A DNA stretch of 63,934 nucleotides, the filler included, from Ministeria vibrans ATCC 50519 (taxonomy: Eukaryota; Protista; Filasterea): NCBI GenBank assembly GCA_943704425.1. It is 7 parts of 7 records of this genome, joined end to end, with 100 filler letters (N's around TTAATTAATTAA, not from the genome) between each part and the next. Parts side by side here need not be neighbours in the genome. Positions count along the whole stretch, not along the records: positions 1 to 19,748 come from CALSCP010002720.1; 6 more parts are not named here. The stretch is one strand, 5' to 3'. This document shows, piece by piece, positions 1-19,702 of this stretch. The notes below the pieces were generated by a model that worked only from the letters and a program-made list of their open reading frames with translations, searched no databases and was not told the origin of the DNA. Each line of letters begins with the position of its first letter. Within the stretch, counting starts at the first letter, position 1. The translations under genes were made by a program, and so were the position numbers.

Positions 1-63
1 GCGTACCTGGGCGTGTCGGTGGTCGGTCGCAGTGGGCGCAAACGGAGCAGAGAGTGCAGTTCG
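1..63 (-). repeat. Dispersed repeat / paralogous exon, inverted copy of 19640-19702
   Basis: Reverse complement of 1-63 matches 19640-19702 with one mismatch; both copies end in CCCAG|GTACGC (splice-donor-like). Confidence 0.85.
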
Positions 64-387
64 TGGCGGAAAAGAAGTCACACTCTACAACACACCATCA
101 GCATCACTGCGCTGCTGCAAACGGTGCACAACAGCCAATGCCTACCTGTAGCTGCCGAGTGTGCAGTGTCCGTCAAATGATTAAAATAATCTGAGTGACT
201 GACAAATCTGAATCAGAGTGAAATGAGTCTGAATTCTTTTCTTTTATTTGAGACGGCTGAGTCATCGTTTTAGAATTTTTGATCTCTTTCGTTTTTCATT
301 TGTGTGGTCTTGATGCAACCCTTTCACTAAAGTTTAAGTTGAAGCCGACTCTCATATATGTTCGGTGTAATTTGGTTTTCCGTATGT

Positions 388-2533
<2,146 letters not shown>

Positions 2534-2697
2534 TGCGTAAAGAGAGAGTGTTGGTGGGGGTGTTGGTACACACACGGAGAAAAAAAGAACTGATCAAGTA
2601 AATTATTCACTCAATCAGGTTTCAATTCGTCTTTGAGACTCAAACTCAACTCAGAATCTCTGATCTGAGATCTCAGATCCAATACTAAATAGCATAA

Positions 2698-3828
<1,131 letters not shown>

Positions 3829-3960
3829 ACTTGAGAGAGAAATAATAATAATAGCTATTATAATAATAAGAAGAAGAACGTGTTTCCAAATAATAATATA
3901 AATAGACAGAGTTACACTCAAGTCACTCTGAATTTGATCAGTCACTTTCACACTTTTATT

Positions 3961-4464
3961 ATGCGCGTCACCTTACTCTTACCCGGCTCCTTTTGCCCCA
4001 TTCACAATGAACACATTGCAGTCATGGAGGAGGCGCGGAGGCAGGTGCTTGAGCGGGGCGATGAGGTTGTAGGAGGCTATTTGCTTCCGTCGTCGGATGA
4101 TTGGGTTGGTGGCAAAGTGGGACACTCATACCCACTCGTGCCGCTCGATCGGCGGGTGGAGCTGTGCCGCATGGCATTGGCCGATGCGGAGTGGATAACA
4201 GTGCTGGACTGGGGGTGGGCGAGCGGGAATAGAGCGGCTGTACGGCTCGCAGAGGAACATCAAGTTCATGTGCTCATTGTAGCGGGAAGCGACACCTCCC
4301 GCCGACCGCATCCCGAGAAAAACATTGTTCTTGACCGTGGCACACTGAGCAGCACGCGCGTGAGAGCCGCACTGCTTGCCAATCGCTGGGACACGGTCGA
4401 GCAACTGTGCCCCCGCAGAGTCGCTTGCCGTCTCCGCGACATGCTGAGCCCCATCCCCACGTAG
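3961..4464 (+). CDS. NMNAT-like / cytidylyltransferase-family nucleotidyltransferase (intronless)
   Basis: LLPGSFCPIHNEH (GSFxPxHxxH motif), VVGGYLLPSSD, RRVELCRMA, AGSD and LSSTRVR (ISST motif). Confidence 0.8.
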   Translation: MRVTLLLPGSFCPIHNEHIAVMEEARRQVLERGDEVVGGYLLPSSDDWVGGKVGHSYPLVPLDRRVELCRMALADAEWITVLDWGWASGNRAAVRLAEEHQVHVLIVAGSDTSRRPHPEKNIVLDRGTLSSTRVRAALLANRWDTVEQLCPRRVACRLRDMLSPIPT

Positions 4465-4646
4465 CCCGCCTTACGCGCCTCGTCAAAGCTATTGAGATTG
4501 CAGGGCTGTGCGATCATCAGCAGCACATTGTCATAAAGTGGTGTATCGTTCATTAAGAAGATATTGTAATCACCAAACTTTTTAACCTCCAAAGCAAAAA
4601 CTTAAAACTTCAATAGTTCAATTTTCCTTATTGTAACACTTCCTGC

Positions 4647-5656
4647 ATGTCGAGCGATGATCCTCCCATGAAGTCGATTGCTCGCCTTGCAGTCGAGCGT
4701 GTGGCGCAGCTTGATGCCGACACTCTCGACGATGCTCTTGAGACTCTTCTTTACGACGGCATTTCCCCCATTCTCCCGCCCTGGATCGTCGCTCGCTGGC
4801 AACCCGAGGTTCAGGCATCCCTTCAGGTACCCACTGACGCTCAATTGTACCCTTTATAATTCGTTTCGTGTGTTTTCTGTTCGTTCAGGTTTTTGTCCAT
4901 CTTTTAAGTGTCTCGTCCACTGGCGCCTCCTATGGCCAGAGCGTTCTGGGCATGCGCCTTGTCGATGCATTCTCCCGATCCAAACAGTCGCAGAAGATCT
5001 CGCGGGGCGTTCGTCTGCTCCATCTCATTCTGACGGTCATTCTGCCGTATGTCCATCGACGAGTCGTACTCGCCTCGCACAGCGAAGACTGGCTCAACTC
5101 CGACCGTCGCCGGCTTCGATACCGACTAGCAGTCCTTCTCAGACAAGTAGACAGTGCCGTGCGGGCTGCACGACTCGTCAATCTCTTCCTATTTCTCCGC
5201 GACGGCACATTCGCCTCGCTCGTCGACCGTCTTCTTGGCCTCCGTCGCTGCTCAGCCGCCGCCTCGCCCGCCTCGCCCTCATCCCCTTACGCCCTCTCTC
5301 TTGCCAGTCGTCAACTTCTCTGGCACGGCTGCATTGTAACTACGTCCCAATCAAACCGACAAAGCGAAGAAACTCATACTTTTTGTCTTTTGTAGCAAGC
5401 ACTGCGCTATCTCATTCCCCTCCTGCGCTCCCTCAACCTCACGTCACTCCTCCTGCACCGCCCCACACCACCCTCCTCTCCACCCTCCACTAGCCCCGTT
5501 CCCCTTCACCCGCTCACCCCGGACACTGTCTGTGCTGCGTGTGCTCTCTCTCCCTTTGTCCTCCCTCAACCCTCCCGTACAAACCCAAAATGCCCGCACC
5601 CCATGTGCTATCATTGTAATACTGCAAACGCCAAATGTACCCTTTGTCAACAATAA
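4647..5656 (+). CDS. PEX2: Peroxin PEX2 (Pex2/12 N-terminal domain plus RING finger), 3 exons
   Basis: RVAQLDADTLD, WQPEV, GASYGQSVLGMR, LVNLFLFLRDGTFASLVDRLLGLR, RQLLWHG and a C-terminal CAAC...CPHPMCYHC...CTLC RING. Confidence 0.9.
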
Positions 5657-5735
5657 AAGACCACAATACGCAACTTTTTTTTTGTTTTTTGATTTGTTTT
5701 GCTTTGTTTCGGTTTCTCTCTTCTCTCGCTCTCTC

Positions 5736-9324
<3,589 letters not shown>

Positions 9325-9581
9325 TTTGGAAAGAAAAAAATGTGGGCGATCAATTTTCGTAATTGAATAAGTTTTTTTAAAAAAAATAACAAAAAGAATT
9401 GTCTGTTTTAGTGTTGGCCCTGTAGTTACTGATTGTCAATTGCTAGACAGTAGACACTAGCTCGTGGTCGTGACTGATTAGTGAGTGAATAGTTTATAAT
9501 TCACTCTGATCAGATTCCTTCATGATCATTCATCATCACTCTTTCTTTAGTCACTTTTGTTTTCTCAGCTTGCTACTTCCC

Positions 9582-12500
9582 ATGACTGACTTGAGCCAGG
9601 ACGCGCTCGTCGTCGAGAAGCGAAAGGCCGACGCGTTCTTTTCATCAGCATTCTCATCTCCGCCATGTATCACTTCTCCGCCCCATTCTTGCTTACCCCT
9701 CTCCCTCTCTCTTCCCCCCCACACCACTCCCCGTCTCGCTGCTTCTCTAAAACCCCTTTATTTCGTCGTTTTCCAGCGACTTCGGTTCAACTCGAGTTTC
9801 CCCAGATCGACCCTTGGCTCATCTCTGCTTTTGTCGCTTCTTCATGTGACACATGCGCAGTCCTTCTCAACGATGGCCGCATTTTGGTGACACGTCCCGC
9901 GTCGTCCGACTGTCCTGAGAAGGTACAACATTGAAAAAAAAAAAACGAAACCCCAAACTCACAATCTTCTCGCTCACTCTAGAGCGAATGGAAGGCAACC
10001 GACGACCAAGGCGGCAGCGGCTTTGTGGCAATTGCATCGTCGTACACCCACCTGCTTGCTGTTGGCGCCGACGGCCAACTCTACAGTGCGCTTTGGTCCG
10101 ATCCGCACTCGCGCGTTCTTCATCGCCGCACTGTCGAGCTTCTGGCGTCTGCCTCCTCCGCCGACCCCATCGTCCATCTTGCATCGTCTTTGATGCGCAC
10201 TACAGTCATCACTCGCAGCGGAAAGGCCGCGACCCTCATCGACGACGAGTACCACAGCACCGTCGCCACACACGGTGAGGGCACTGCGAGTCTCATCCCC
10301 TCGCTTGAGCACAGCCTCGACGCCTTCGCTCCCTTTGACAGCCCTGTCACATCCCTTGCCGTCAGTCTCTTTACAACCACCGTCACGCTTGCCGACGGCT
10401 CTGCTCACTGGTGGGGCCTTGGCCATCCAGACGGCCTTGCCGCCATTCACCAGACTCCAAACACTTCCACCTTTGCACCAGCAGCAACAACGGCCACGCC
10501 AACCAACACATCGACCGCGTCCACGCCGTCCTTTGATGTCTTTGCCGATGCCGTTGAAGAGGCCCTTGTTCTCGCCAGCCAACTTCCAGACACACCTACC
10601 GTACCTAGCACCACCAATATCGAGGTGGGTGACCTGGTTTCTCGCAAAAAGCCAACAAACGACACGGCTGCTGACACACCATCAGCAACAACGGGTCTTG
10701 TGGGCGTGCTATTGACCACAGGACGTCCAATCGTCGCCACAAAAGCCTCGCCGCTCTTCTACTACACTGCCGACACGGCGGAGACGAGTCCCATTCCACG
10801 CGCCTCATTCGTACCCCTCACTCGTGGCAAACACACCAAGCACGCACCCCTTGGGTGTGTCGTCACCATTGATGGTCCCTTTGCCGTCGTTCGGTCCACA
10901 GAGCAGAGTCCGTCTTCTAGCTCAGAGGAAGAGACAACAGCAATAGTGCCTCGCGGCGAGCTGCAGTATGTATGTGCGCTCGCCGACCTTGAACTCGCCT
11001 CGAGCGACGCGGGCCTCCATAAGAACACTGGTGATTGCTTTACCAACGTTGTTGCACAGCCGCGTGCCTTGGACATTCCATCCACCCTCTTTGCTCATTC
11101 TGCTGTTGCGTCTGAAGTCTTCTCGGTCGCTGTCGTCTCAGTGCGCAACAAGCCCGCACGCGAAACTGACGAACGGCCACTCTTTGTGTACGCGCCCTTC
11201 CTGAAGAAATCTTCCTCTGGTAGTGCTGCTGCTGCTGCCTCTGAATCTGCATCGTCCTCCGGATCGCATTGCTGTCGTGTCTGCTCTGCCACCTTTCCCT
11301 CGCGCAACAAACTCTTCAAACACATTCACGAGTTGCAACACGAAGAGACCAATGCAATGGCCCAGCTGACCGCGTTGTGTCCCGCTCTTGCCGGCACCAT
11401 TCCGCTCGGCACACTCGCTCCCGTCAGCTCAGACTCGCATCCTCGTCGTATCACCCCTTTCCTCCGTCGTCAGGATCCCTCCAATGCCGCCAAGTGGGCC
11501 ATGACAATCGTCGACGCACACGGTTACGCTCTCAACATTGCATCTCCGCTCCTTGCCGGCGGCAAGATTGTCATCGAGGAGTCTTCGCTTCCGCCTACCC
11601 TTGCCACACCCGTCATTGCTGATTTCTCCGACACCTATCTTTTGCCTGTGTGCAGAAACCCTCTTTTCGCCACGCTTCTCGACACTGTCCCGCCGAAGCA
11701 TATCAACAACAACGTCAGCAACAATAACAGCAATGGTAACGACGAGGAGTCAGCTGTTGCCAGTGCTCTCAGTGCCATCCCCGATGCCGTCTTTACGCCA
11801 GCACTGTCAGCACGCGCACTCGCAGGCATGTCCCCGTTTCATCTTGTGAGCGGCGCTGCACTGCGTGCCCTTCTGAAAGAACCCCGCTTCACACAGTTGC
11901 CCGACGCTACGCGTGCTCACTTGCTCGGCTCGGTTAATCGTGCTGGCTGCACGCCTCTTGCAAAGCTGCTCCATTCGAACCACTACGAAGAGGCGACTTT
12001 CCTCCTCAATGCTATTCTGCACGCCTCCGCTGACAACGTAGACACGGCGAGTCTTCGGCAGTCCCTCATGACCCTCTTCGAACAGCACGCCAAATCCCGT
12101 CCGCACTTCTCCGAGCAACTCGCAACACTCGCTTCGCTTAGTGAGGACATCAACGCGTCGCGCATCGTCAAGTACGGCACCGCCGAAATCGAAGAGACCG
12201 TCCCCGTCGGTGTCAATCTTTTCGGGTCATCGCCAAGGTCGTCTGGTAGCTTCTTTTCCTCGTCGCCCGTCCACGTTGTTGACGGATTTACTGCCAAGTT
12301 CACGTACACTGTGTCGCGACCAGATGGCATTGATAGCTTTGCCTTTGTCATGGCCAACTCCACGCAGCCCGCCATCGCCAACGGCAACCATACCACCGGC
12401 AAACGCACAGTTGCTCTGCAGTTTAGCGTCAATCACCGCACCTACAACGATGCCCACTCTCCCTCCGTGAGCCTTTTCCGCTATGACGCTTACGGAGCCA

Positions 12501-15500
12501 AGGCAGAAATCGACAAAAGTCCGCCGAAAAGCAGTCAGCCAGAGCGTCGAGTGCGCGCCCGAAACAAGAACGAAACATGCGTCACGATCACCTACCAGTC
12601 GTTTCCCAACTGGACAAGTGAAAAGAAGAAGAGCGCCCTCAAGTCGCGCTTGTTTCCGACCGCAACTCTTGCCAACAACAAGGCCAAACATGATCGCGAC
12701 GTTGGCGGTCTGCTCTCCGTCGACATTGACGGTACACACATTGCTGAATTTATCCTCAACCTCGAGAATCTTCTTGACGCCAATTCTTCGGCTGCCTCCG
12801 TGGGCTTTACGGGTCGCTCTCGTACCCGCAACGCCGCCGTCAAGATCACCTCATGGACCCTCAGCGAAACCAACGAATCGCGCGCACTCACCACCCTTCG
12901 TCATCTTCTCCTTGACTCGCCACATGCCATTAACATGCCTCTCTCGTTGATCCCTTTTGGCGCCCTCATCAAGCCTCTGTCCTTCAAGTCAACTGGAATA
13001 GACCTCACGGACGATCCTACCTTTGCCCCCTTGGCAGCGGCTCCTCCGGCTGAGTTGCCTCCAACTCCACCTCTTCAACCAGATTACAGTGGCTCTTGGT
13101 CTATTATGCCTGGCACTATTGCTCAGGCGGCATCCGCCTCTGCAACAACAACAACTGCTGCTGCTGCTACCGCAACCACCACCGCCGCAAAGGTGAACGA
13201 GATGATCAACGCTGCGCGTGCGCTCCACTCGTCCGCGCCACCCTCTCCGCTCGCCACTGACCCGCCTATTCAACGCTTTCAAGCACGCGTTGCCCTCACT
13301 CTTCCCTCTTCCGGTCCCGGTTCGCTTGCGCTCAACGAAGGCGACATCATCAAAGACATCATCAAGACTGACGACGTGACCTGGTCCGGCACTCTCAATG
13401 GCGTCCGCGGAGACTTTGAGGCCAACTTTGTGTGTGATGTCGTGCCCGACAATGTTGCCACATCGGTCGCGCGTGACAGTCAATTGAGCTTTCCCTCTAG
13501 TTTGCCCAGCATGTCGTCCACGCCGAGACTATTTGCTTCACAGGCTGGTAGTGACATGATGGCATCTCTCTTTGCCGCGTTCAATACGAGTGCCACTAGC
13601 ATTCCAACAACCAAATCCACAATTCCAACACCCACGACGACGACTATTACAACCGCAACTCAACCCACAACAACAACGACAACTACCACTACCACAACAA
13701 CTACCACTACTACTGACGAGCCCTCTCTTGCATCTCTGGCGGCCTCCACCGAAATTTACACACTGCTGCTTCGCATGCACACCTGTCTCTATCCGCCTGT
13801 GCCGCCTTCGTCGTTCTCTTCACCACCCGACATCTCCAAAAAGGCGTTGCCCTCCCTCTCGATGCGGGACGCATACTCGTGGAGCAGTACTCCCAATCTT
13901 GCCGCCTCAACAAACGTCTCGGATCTGTTCCCCACGAGTCTCCTACCGTATGGCGCACTCGAGAAACTCTACACCAAGTACACCAAACAGAGCGACTTTC
14001 GCCAACACCCTTTGCTCCCAGTCTACTTGCGCACCATTGGCGTCACACTCGACGATCTCAAGCCCACGACGCTCGTGCCGTTTGCTTTGCTGTTGGGCGA
14101 CGGATTCGCGTGCCACACTGTCGTGCGTCAAAGTGCTCAAAGGCTCCTCTCGATGCGCATCCTAGACGCACTCGCTGAACACGACCCGTCCGTCCTCGTG
14201 ACGTGCTCTGACAACGACACTACTTTGTCGTCGTCGTCATCGTCGTCGTCGTCGCCATTCACCCTTGCACTCGCCTCAGGTGTTGTGGATCTTGCAGTAC
14301 ACATGGTCAACGCGACCGACGGCAAGATTCCCCTTGTGGACTTTTTCAAGACTCTCACCCCCGCCACCCAGACCGCCGAGAGTCCTCTCCACCTACTGTT
14401 GCGTCAGCCATCGAGTCCCGAGCGTTTGCAGCTTTTTGAGTATGGCTGTCGCGCCGTCAAGGAGTCGTCTGACCCCTCGTTGCTGCTCGAACGTGACTCG
14501 CTGGGCCAGACACTCCTCTCAAAGTGTTTCCAGGAGAACAGTTACGACGTTGCACTGGGTCTGATCAATTTTGCACAGACATTCATTGCCGAGGACACCT
14601 CTGACTCGCTCAGCTGGGCACAACTCTTGGATCTTGACACAGCCACGGAAGACAACCAACTGACTGCCGAGTCAGCCAAAGAATCTGACACACGCAATCC
14701 CGACACTGACCCTGAACTTCTTCACCGTGTGACGTCGCCAACCACGTCAGCCGCAGCCGCATCCCAGCCGCATCCCCCGCCGTCTGTGCGTGTCGACCGT
14801 ATTCCTATTATGCATCGCATTGTGTCCCAAACGGCCAACCCACTTGCCACTGCGCTCCTTCATAGCCGTGACATGAACGAGGGAGCCCAGTCCCTGATGT
14901 TGCTCAACTACTGTTCGTTTCCGGCGACCAAGCGCCAGTACACGCGCCAACGGTACTACGTGTGTGCCGACTGTATGCCCAACTACCGTCGACAGTCGCG
15001 CAAAATTGCCGCCTGTGAAGCGTGCGTGTCGACGTGCCATCGTGGCCATCGCATCACCCGCGAGTACTTTGGTCTCTTCTTCTGCGACTGTGGCGCCGGT
15101 GAAATGCCAAAGCCGTGCACATGCATGCCGACGGAGACCACGCGTGCTCAAGCGCCCAGCGAGGCAAACGCCAAGGCATCCGACCACCAACTCGATTCCA
15201 AAGTATCCTTGGGCGCCACTCTGCTGCGCATTGCCCTGAAGGAACGGTTTATTGAGGCACTGCTGACATCGCTCGACCCCAACGGTCTCACGCCCTTCTT
15301 CTCTGCCTGCGTCACCGGCCAGTTTACCCTCGCCCTCACCATCCTCGGCCTAGTGCAAGATCTGGGCAAGGATCGCACCGAAAACACGCTTTTGGAGCGA
15401 GCTGTGTGTCGAGTGGACGCGCGCGGCAACACCCCTCTGCACGCTCTGGCGGCCATGTCGGTGCACTTGCCTCGCTCGCTTGAGCTCAAGGAGCTGCTGG

Positions 15501-18500
15501 ACGCTCTTGCCGATGCGACCGGCATGTGTGCGCGCACCAACCTCAGCGACGAGACACCCTTGCAACTGTTTGCGAGTGGTCGCTCTGCTGGACTGGCAGA
15601 AACGCAAAAGGGAAACACACGCAACAACACACAGTCGGACGACGAAGAGGACGAGTACTACACCGACTCGGAAGACTACGACGAAGAGGACGACGACTAC
15701 TACGACGAAGAGGACGACGAAGAGGAGGAAGACGATGACGATGAAGATGACGATGAGGTGTACGATGACGATGAGGAGGAGATTGTGTCGAATACGGACG
15801 ATGAGTTTGACTTTGAAGGCGAAGAAGAAGAAGAAGATGATGACGATGAGGAGGAGGAGGAGGAAGAGGAGGAGGAGGAAGGGATTACGGTGGACGATGC
15901 GTTTGTGGAGGGCGCTTCTGGATTCGATAGCGATGATGAGGATGAGGGTGAGACTCGACTTGATGATTTTGATACGGAGGATGCGTGGGAGACTGCGGAT
16001 GATGATGAAGATGAAGAGGAGAACAACTACAATTATGAGAGTGGTAATTATGATAGTGACAGGGACGCAACGGAGACGGATGATGAGGAGGAGCAGGGCA
16101 AGGAAGTTCCTGTAGAGTTGGTGTGGGCTTGTTTGCTGTCGTGGCCGTCGCTGCAGCGCTCGATTGTTGATCTGGCAGACAAGAGCAACAGCAAGACGGA
16201 GACGGCAGCGCGTCTGGATCATATGGTGAACATTCTCATGACATTGCCCGAGACATCATTCTACGCCACGGTGATTCGTCTGCTTGCGGAGCGCATTGCG
16301 GTGGAGGAGACCGGTGCGATTGCCGATTATGGTGGTTGGCCAGCGGAGCGTGTGGCGCGACGCTTTGTGCGCTCCTCGGTGCGTGTGCTTGTATTGCGTG
16401 TGCTTGAGCCGCGTGAGCCCAAGAGTGGCGAACGATTGGCCGGCGATGCGGCAGCCATCAAAGCGTGTCTGGCAGCGAGTCGTGCGCTGTTTGAGACATT
16501 CCCGGTGGTGGCAGCAGAAGAGTTGGCGGAGACAGCGCGAGCACTTGTGACGCCTGTGGTGATGGGTGTGGTAGTGGGACGCAAGGCTACCTCAGGCGAC
16601 CACCTCGATGCACTCTCGGCGCGTCGCTTTGTGTATCACAACAACGCATCCGACGACCGCTTGACAGCGGCGCGCACACTCACTGCAACCGAGGCCGAGG
16701 ACCCTGACTCGGACATGACAGCGTGGGTGCACGCGCGCGAGAATGTTTCGTCGCACTCGACGCAGATGGCACTGGCGCGTCTCTACTCGCGCATTGTTAA
16801 GCTTCTCACTGACATTGCCTGTGGCACACCACTCGGTGAAGTATTTTCCGAGTCAATCAATGGCGGTACAGCAACTTCGCTTGTGTCGGATCTGCAGGAC
16901 GACGCGAGTACTTTGGATGCGACCAACACCAACGAAGAAGATGGCGAGTGTCGCGGTGGACAGCCGCAGCAGCAGCAGCGAAAAGGACGAGGGATGAAGG
17001 CCAATGTGAACATGCGACTAGTCGAAACGTTGCAGAGTGTTGTAGATGAGGTGTGGTCGTGGCTTGTGAGCAGCATGGACGTCCTTGAGGCGGGCATTGA
17101 GACAGGCTGTTCGCTTGAGATGCCCACTTCAACGTCGAGCCTCTCGAGTTACGCCCTCTATCTTATGCGAGCACACAGCAATGAACATGGACGTGTGCTG
17201 CCCCCGCTCAATGTGCGTCAGATGGGCCATGTTGCACTGATTCTTGACCCGATTCTTTACTTTTTGCGTCACCGTCCCTTCCTCTACTGGACCGCTGCGC
17301 GCAGTTCGTCTCTCTCCTGTAGCACTGCCGCTGTGCCTCCCCCCACACCACCAACAACAACAACAACACCAAGTGTCAGTGCCAAGGGCAAGGGACCTGC
17401 TACGGGTAATGGCGCGGCTGTGGTCGCCCAGCGACGTGTGGTGCCGCGTCGTGGCGCCGGTAACTTCTTCAAGAAGAGCGCCTCTATTGCACCCTATGTG
17501 GCCACCAAGTCGGACACGTACGTGTGGGAGTCGCCTTTGTCGCGCGCACTTCCTCTTGCCGTTAATCCGACGCTCCTGGGGATGCGACGACTGCGACGTG
17601 ATAGCGACAATGACTCCGCGAATGTATCGACCCCAGATGGCAGCTCGTCGGCACGTTCGTCCGCCCTGCTGTCGTCCCTGTCGCGGCGGCGACGTCGCCA
17701 GAGCCGTTCGTCTGCATCGTTGCGTGGACGCCACTTGTCGTATGGAGATGACGACGACGAAGACGAAGGCGAAGGAGACGACGATGAAGTGGAAACAAGT
17801 GAGGTGAGTATGACGGAATACGATGAAGAAGAAGAGGAGGAGGAGGAGGAGGAGGAGCGCAGCAGTGGACTGTTGTGCGATGGGTCGTGGACTCCGGAGA
17901 GACTGATGGAGCGATGGGGATTGTCTGGACGAGTGCTTGCGCGCAACTTTTTTGCGGAACTGTCGGGTGAGAAGGACTCGTTTGCGATTCAAATGGCAGA
18001 CTTTGCGGTGAAGGCGAAAGGTTTCCGACGGGACATGTCGGACTTGCTGGACGGATCGTCTGCGGGTAATTGGTCCATACGGGTGAAGCGGTCATCGCTG
18101 GCGGCCACGACCTTCCGACAGCTGGCCAAGAAGCGCAAGTCATACCGTGCCGGCTATGTGAGTGTGAGTTTTGTGCGTGAGCAAGGGATTGGGGCAGGAG
18201 TGGATCGTGGGTGGTTCTCGGCGTTTGCCGAGGCGCTTGTCGCTGCCTCGACGGCTAAGACCGAGCCAGTGACACTGCCAATGGAGAAGAGTGATGGAAC
18301 TACAAGTGAGGAGAAGACGGGTGGAACAACGAGCGAGGAGAAGACGAAGAAGACGGAGGAGAGTGGCGACGATGGAGATGCGATGTTGTTGAAGGAGAAG
18401 AAGCTTGAGCGGGAGAGGGAGTTGGAGGAGACATTTGCACTGTTTCACGAGCCGGGACAACCGGGATTTTTTGCGCCGCGACAGCATCCGCACTTGCTTG

Positions 18501-19431
18501 AGCCGGCGGGGTCGCACAAGCGGCGGTTGATTGTGCAGCGCTATCGGTGTGTTGGGCGATTTATTGCTCTTGCGTTTGCGTCCGAGTGTGTCATCCCAAT
18601 GTCCTTCTCGCGCCACGTGCTCAAGTATGTGCTGGGGCGTCCGCTGTACGCACACGACTTTGCGTTCTACAGTGCATCCAAGTATGAGACGCTGCGCAAG
18701 TTGCTTGTGATGGACGGGAGTGAGCTTGAGGCGTGTGGGCTCACCTTTGAGATTCCGCTGTCGGCAGGTGAGGGAGGTGGTACACACGTGTTGTGTGCAG
18801 GCGGGAGTGAGCGGGACGTCACGCGCGACAATGTGATGGAGTATGTGAAGCTGCACGCGCGCTACTGCATGCTGGAGAGTGTCAAGGGCGCACTCGATGC
18901 GATGCGCACGGGCTTCCAAGAGGTGCTCCCCATCGCCCCCTTCCGTCTTCTCACTCCCGAGGAGATACATTTGCTACTCAATGGCCGAGGCGCTGACCTT
19001 GACGTTGACTCGCTGCGCGCTCACTGCCGCATTACCAGCTCGGCTGGTGCGCGTGTCGCACTCCCCGAGGTGGAGACGTGGTTCTGGAACATCATGAAGG
19101 AGCTCACGAGCGAACAGCGCTCGCAATTTCTCTACTTTGCGACGGGTGGTGCACGCCTCGCTGCCGACAACACCGAGCAAACGACCATCCAGCTGGCCTT
19201 TCAGACCTGCCCAAACCACACCTGTGCCTTCCGCAAGTGCACTCACTTGATTTCCGCTGCCGCTTGTTTTATGAGAGTAAGAAATCGGATGTTTTGGAGG
19301 TGAAGAAGAGAAAACGATTCATTTGTGTTTGTTTGTTGTAGGTGAACATTCCGTTGTATGAGAGCCAGCAGGTGTTCAAGGAGAAGATGTTGCTTGCTAT
19401 TACGAATTGTGTATCATATCAGCTGTGTTAG
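9582..19431 (+). CDS. UBR5: UBR5/EDD-like HECT E3 ubiquitin ligase (about 3200 aa) with UBR-box, ankyrin-like repeats, C2H2 finger, L-type lectin-like and SH3 insertions, and an acidic tract
   Basis: UBR5-type motifs AVLLNDGRI, FVAIASSYTHLLAVGADGQLY, ARRFVRSSVRVLVL and YALYLMRAHSNEHGRVLPPL; UBR box CSF...YYVCADC...CEACVSTCHRGH...FFCDCGAG; HECT with FVREQGIGAGVDRGWF, WFWNIM...RSQFLYFATG and catalytic region AAACFMR|VNIPLY across a final intron. Confidence 0.92.
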
Positions 19432-19639
19432 AGAGAGAATCTGTCATATTGAATCCTAAATATTTGATAATGAATAAATTGAAATTGAAATTCTGAAATC
19501 TGAACACATTATTTCTGTAATTTCAACATCAGTTGTTGTAAGGTACATATTGTCATACTTCTTAGATCGGCGACAGGCCGTAGCGTAGTGATGCTAATTG
19601 TTTTTCTTTTGTTTTGTTGTTTTTTGTAGAATTTTACTC

Positions 19640-19702
19640 CGAACTGCACTCTCTGCTCCGTTTGCGCCCACTGCCACCGACCACCGACACGCCCAGGTAC
19701 GC
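19640..19702 (+). repeat. Copy of the exon-like segment at 1-63 (inverted)
   Basis: 62 of 63 nt identical to the reverse complement of 1-63; an upstream TTTTTGTAG acceptor-like site and a terminal GTACGC donor-like site. Confidence 0.85.

Noticed and set aside
15350-16222. Hydrophobic or poly-Ser minus-strand ORFs resembling membrane proteins
   Set aside because: Antisense of the Asp/Glu-rich tract of the UBR5-like gene.
19196-19303. HECT domain ending at the ORF stop at 19303, with PNHTC as the catalytic motif
   Set aside because: A GT-AG intron after ...AAACFMR restores the canonical CxxxxxxPxY...KxxxAI C-terminus ending at 19431.
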